Origin: Phallusia mammillata
Taxonomy: Eukaryota
Length of the DNA stretch: 64,000 bases
Reading direction: 5' to 3'
Assembly (NCBI GenBank): GCA_965637545.1
Contig: OZ281499.1
Span: 1,240,001 to 1,304,000, forward strand
Below the pieces are notes generated by a model, which made no database searches, was not told where the DNA came from, and saw nothing but the letters and a program-made list of their open reading frames with translations. This document shows positions 61,301 through 64,000 of this stretch, in pieces. The translations under genes and the position numbers were made by a program. The stretch's first letter is position 1. Each line of letters starts with the position of its first letter.

Positions 61301-63778
61301 CATAGAAGTTTTGGAGGTCAACTCAAGGTCACATGAGAGTTTTTACCACAATGACATCAGTAGGAATATTGTCTCACGATTTATATTATTTGATTCACAC
61401 TGTTTCCATGCTTACAAATCCATGTGGGAAGGTATTTTATTTAACCGACTTTTTAATATTTTTGATGCTCCCTAACCCCGTTTGTTCAAGTATAAACTGT
61501 TTAACACAAATATGTACCAAGTTAACACCAAGTTTCCTGCTTACAAATCCATATATAAAAGTGTTCCATTTACTGAATGTTTAATTTTTTTATGCCTAAC
61601 TGCGTTTTTTAAGTACAAACTCTCTTTAACGCAAATGTATACAAGGTTAACGCCCTTTTATTCTTTTAACAGGATTCACACTTGTGCTTGGCGGCTGTAC
61701 ATGCCGGAGTTATATCAGATTCATTTGGTGGTCGAGTGCAGGTGAAGAAAGGATCACACAAAGTTCTTTTCCACATGATGATTGCAAACAATGTCACCGC
61801 TTCTATGTAAGTCGAATTGTGGGTTGAAAACAATCGAGCTACTACATAAATTGATGAACCGAAGTATTTACCGTCTACCTATCTTTTTATTGCATTATTA
61901 AATGCGGTAATCAATCTTATAGCTTAATCTTTTGGCTAGCGTATAATTTAAGCTGATGATCAATATAATAGCATTTATTTTATTATTGTCGCTATTCTAA
62001 CAAGTACATGAAGAAACTTCAACGGTTTTAGTATTTCATTAGTGTGGTACGTTATTTCTAAAAACACACTATTTGTTTCGTCTCTAATTTGTTGTGACTC
62101 AATAGCTTCAAGTCAACGTATATATTGTAGCCTGATGAAGACATTCACTATGTGAGACTTTAAACTGTGTTGTTTTACTTTGTTTGTTAAAAGCTCCAAA
62201 AATAAGTATTACGTCTGTCAACAACAATATATTTTTATTTGGGTGATTAAGGTTTTCAGGCTGATCAAAATTGTACGTTTCTATTTATCCGCTTTAAACT
62301 AATCCAATATGTTTCCCTCTAGTGGAGGATACTGGGACGTGACTTTCTACTTCCCCGTTGCAAAGGATTGCGCCAAAGAGATTGAATACGACCCACGTAG
62401 AGTGACAGCTTCCTCGTATTGGAACGAAACAAGGACGAAAACGTAAGAAACCTTATTTCATGAGTATAAACTGCATTCTGTAATAATGGAATTGTGTTCA
62501 ATTTATTTATAACTTACTTCTGAAGGCTAAAAAGCCTCCTTTAAAGGACCATGTACTCAATGCCTAAAGCTTATTCCGCAAAACACAAATTTTAGAATTA
62601 CGACAATAAAAACAATTTAAAACATATATAAGCATTTGGACTGCTATCAAACTCCGTATGTCCATTTTAAATGATAAACCTATTCCAACTGTAACACTTG
62701 CACAAGCAGAAAAAAGGTCAAAATAAAGGTCTAGACGTAGATGAAATTGGTGACTCGAAACTAGGTTCAACGTTGGTCAGTTAAAAGGGCAAGTTTTTAA
62801 AAATCTGCTGCTGTTTACAGTTTGTGGTCACCAAATAAGGCCGTATTCCGTAGTCAAGGAGGGTGGTCACCTAGTAACCCGATGACGAATGAATGGCTGC
62901 AAGTGGATCTGGAGAAGAATTGGAACATTACAGGTTCGTTGAAGTGACGACAAAAATGGAAAAGTTCGGAAAAGAGTAAACAAAATCTAGAATTGCCTGA
63001 CAAATCATAGAACACCAGGCCCATTAAAGGCGTCATACCGGATCAGCCGGTCAACAAGCATTCCTTACCATATGGCAAGGCTTAGGCCGAAGAAATCTAG
63101 CCTGCGGTTGGATTTAAGCCCACGACAGAAGTCTTTCCAGGTCTACCAACTGAGCTACACAGGCTCAGTGGCGAATCCGTCGAAAGTCGAGTCACATGCA
63201 CTGTGCCTGCCTCGTATGCTGCACATGTCAGCTTCGTAGTAGGGGATCGCCAGATTGACCAGTATCAGTTAAGATGAACATAAATTCATAACTGGGATCA
63301 GCCCCGAAGCGTCTATGTAGACCAGCGATCACGGCACACTCATGTATAAATCACAGTACGCCAGGGCCATTGAAGGCGCTATACCGAATCAGCCGGTCAC
63401 CAAGCATTCACCACCATATGGCAAGGCGTAGGCTAGAAAAATCTAGCCTGCGGTGGGATTCGAACCCACGACAGGAGTCTTTCCGGGACTCGCGCTCTAC
63501 CAACTGAGCTACACAGGCTCAGTGGCGAATCCGTCGAAAGTCGAATCACATGCACTGTGTCTGCCTAGTATGCTGCACATGTCAGCTTCGTAGTAGGGGA
63601 TCGCCAGATTGACTGCATCAACTTTTATGTATATTAAAACCGACCTGTTGTTTCCACAGCAATCGCAACTAAAGGTTCATCGTTGCCTCACAAATGGGCA
63701 ACCGCATATCGCATCAAATACAGTTACAACGGAATCACATTCTCCTACTACAAGGAGGAAGGACAGACGACTCCTAAG
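43311..63778 (+). CDS. DCBLD: CUB-LCCL-F5/8 type C (discoidin) protein of DCBLD/ESDN type; partial (first exon uncertain, 3' end beyond the window)
   Basis: Exons 43311-43586 (CNAVLEASSGTFTSPNYP..CKWELRVPAGKAIQLKFADF), 57233-57376 (KYCPG..GFLISF), 61673-61806 (DSHLCLAAVHAGVIS..GGRVQV = LCCL), 62323-62442 (C..VTASSYW), 62821-62933 (GGWSP..EWLQVDL..ITG), 63660-63778 (IATKG..AYRIKYS). The CUB-LCCL-FA58C order is diagnostic. The exon(s) for the N-half of LCCL were not securely found. Confidence 0.88.
52910..53174. mobile_element. hAT/Charlie-type MITE (265 bp) in the large DCBLD intron
   Basis: Perfect TIRs CAGTGGTTCTCAACC / GGTTGAGAACCACTG; perfect TSD GTCGAGAT at 52902-52909 and 53175-53182. 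Confidence 0.93.
58686..58808. mobile_element. 5'-truncated hAT MITE (CAGTGGTGGGATTC family)
   Basis: Matches the 3' two-thirds of the 42593 copy and ends in GAATCCCACCACTG. Confidence 0.85.
63016..63615 (-). repeat. Tandem pair of a ~350-bp composite repeat with an internal tRNA-like module
   Basis: 63016-63260 is repeated at 63362-63615; the spacer 63285-63345 matches 39219-39290. Confidence 0.85.
63445..63518 (-). ncRNA. tRNA-like cloverleaf (74 nt, apparent GGA anticodon) within the repeat; probably SINE-type, not a canonical tRNA-Ser
   Basis: GCCTGTG/CGCAGGC acceptor stem, GCTC/GAGC D-stem, GAGTC-CCGGAAA-GACTC anticodon arm, GTGGG-TTCGAAT-CCCAC T-arm, intact A and B boxes, T5 run 3 nt downstream. 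Against a real tRNA-Ser: C33, an extra base before the anticodon stem, a short variable loop and a U discriminator. Confidence 0.65.
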
Positions 63779-64000
63779 GTATAATTTGCGAAACTTTTTT
63801 ACTCTATTTGAAGTGACTGCTTTTTCTAGCTCAACCATTCTTTAAGTTTTAGATAAAAGCTTTGACATAAAAATAAGGTAAAATTTGCGAATCTTTTTAT
63901 TCTGTTTGAATTACAATGCATGGGGCGCTTAAACCCAATTTTATCAGCCAAACTACATAAGTTTACAAAACAACACAATAAATTATGGAAAATACCGTGA

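Noticed and set aside
63445-63518. Genuine tRNA-Ser(GGA) gene
   Set aside because: It lacks the long variable arm and G73 of tRNA-Ser, has C33, and lies in a multi-copy repeat with degenerate sisters.

Overview
AT-rich eukaryotic genomic DNA with spliceosomal introns, from an invertebrate animal; an ascidian/tunicate is my guess and cannot be proven from this window. Three blocks are visible. (1) 398-6891: the last nine coding exons of an SLC22 organic cation/anion transporter (+). (2) 9029-28893: a five-member tandem array of an unnamed type II membrane protein family that I reconstructed exon by exon. Copies 1-3 are on the minus strand and copies 4-5 on the plus strand; four are intact and copy 3 has a broken TM exon. 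Each protein has a short cytoplasmic N-tail with one or two exon-encoded [FY]xx[AN]G[GR]D[VLI]N[IN] motifs, one TM helix, one Sushi/CCP domain, and a Cys-rich C-terminal domain. That domain has a cationic/aromatic C-x20-C loop with the spacing of the LPS-binding loop of anti-lipopolysaccharide factors (ALF). (3) 43311-63778: six exons of a CUB-LCCL-F5/8C (DCBLD-type) gene (+) that runs off the window. Between these lie hAT-type MITEs with 8-bp TSDs, a decayed gypsy RT, tRNA-derived repeats, and Penelope-like fragments carrying minimal hammerhead ribozymes. The best candidate for an undescribed system is the array: a diversifying, possibly microbe-sensing receptor family with a putative amyloid/RHIM-like signalling tail. 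The exon structures are read directly from the sequence; the ALF and amyloid interpretations are inferences that need profile and structure searches.
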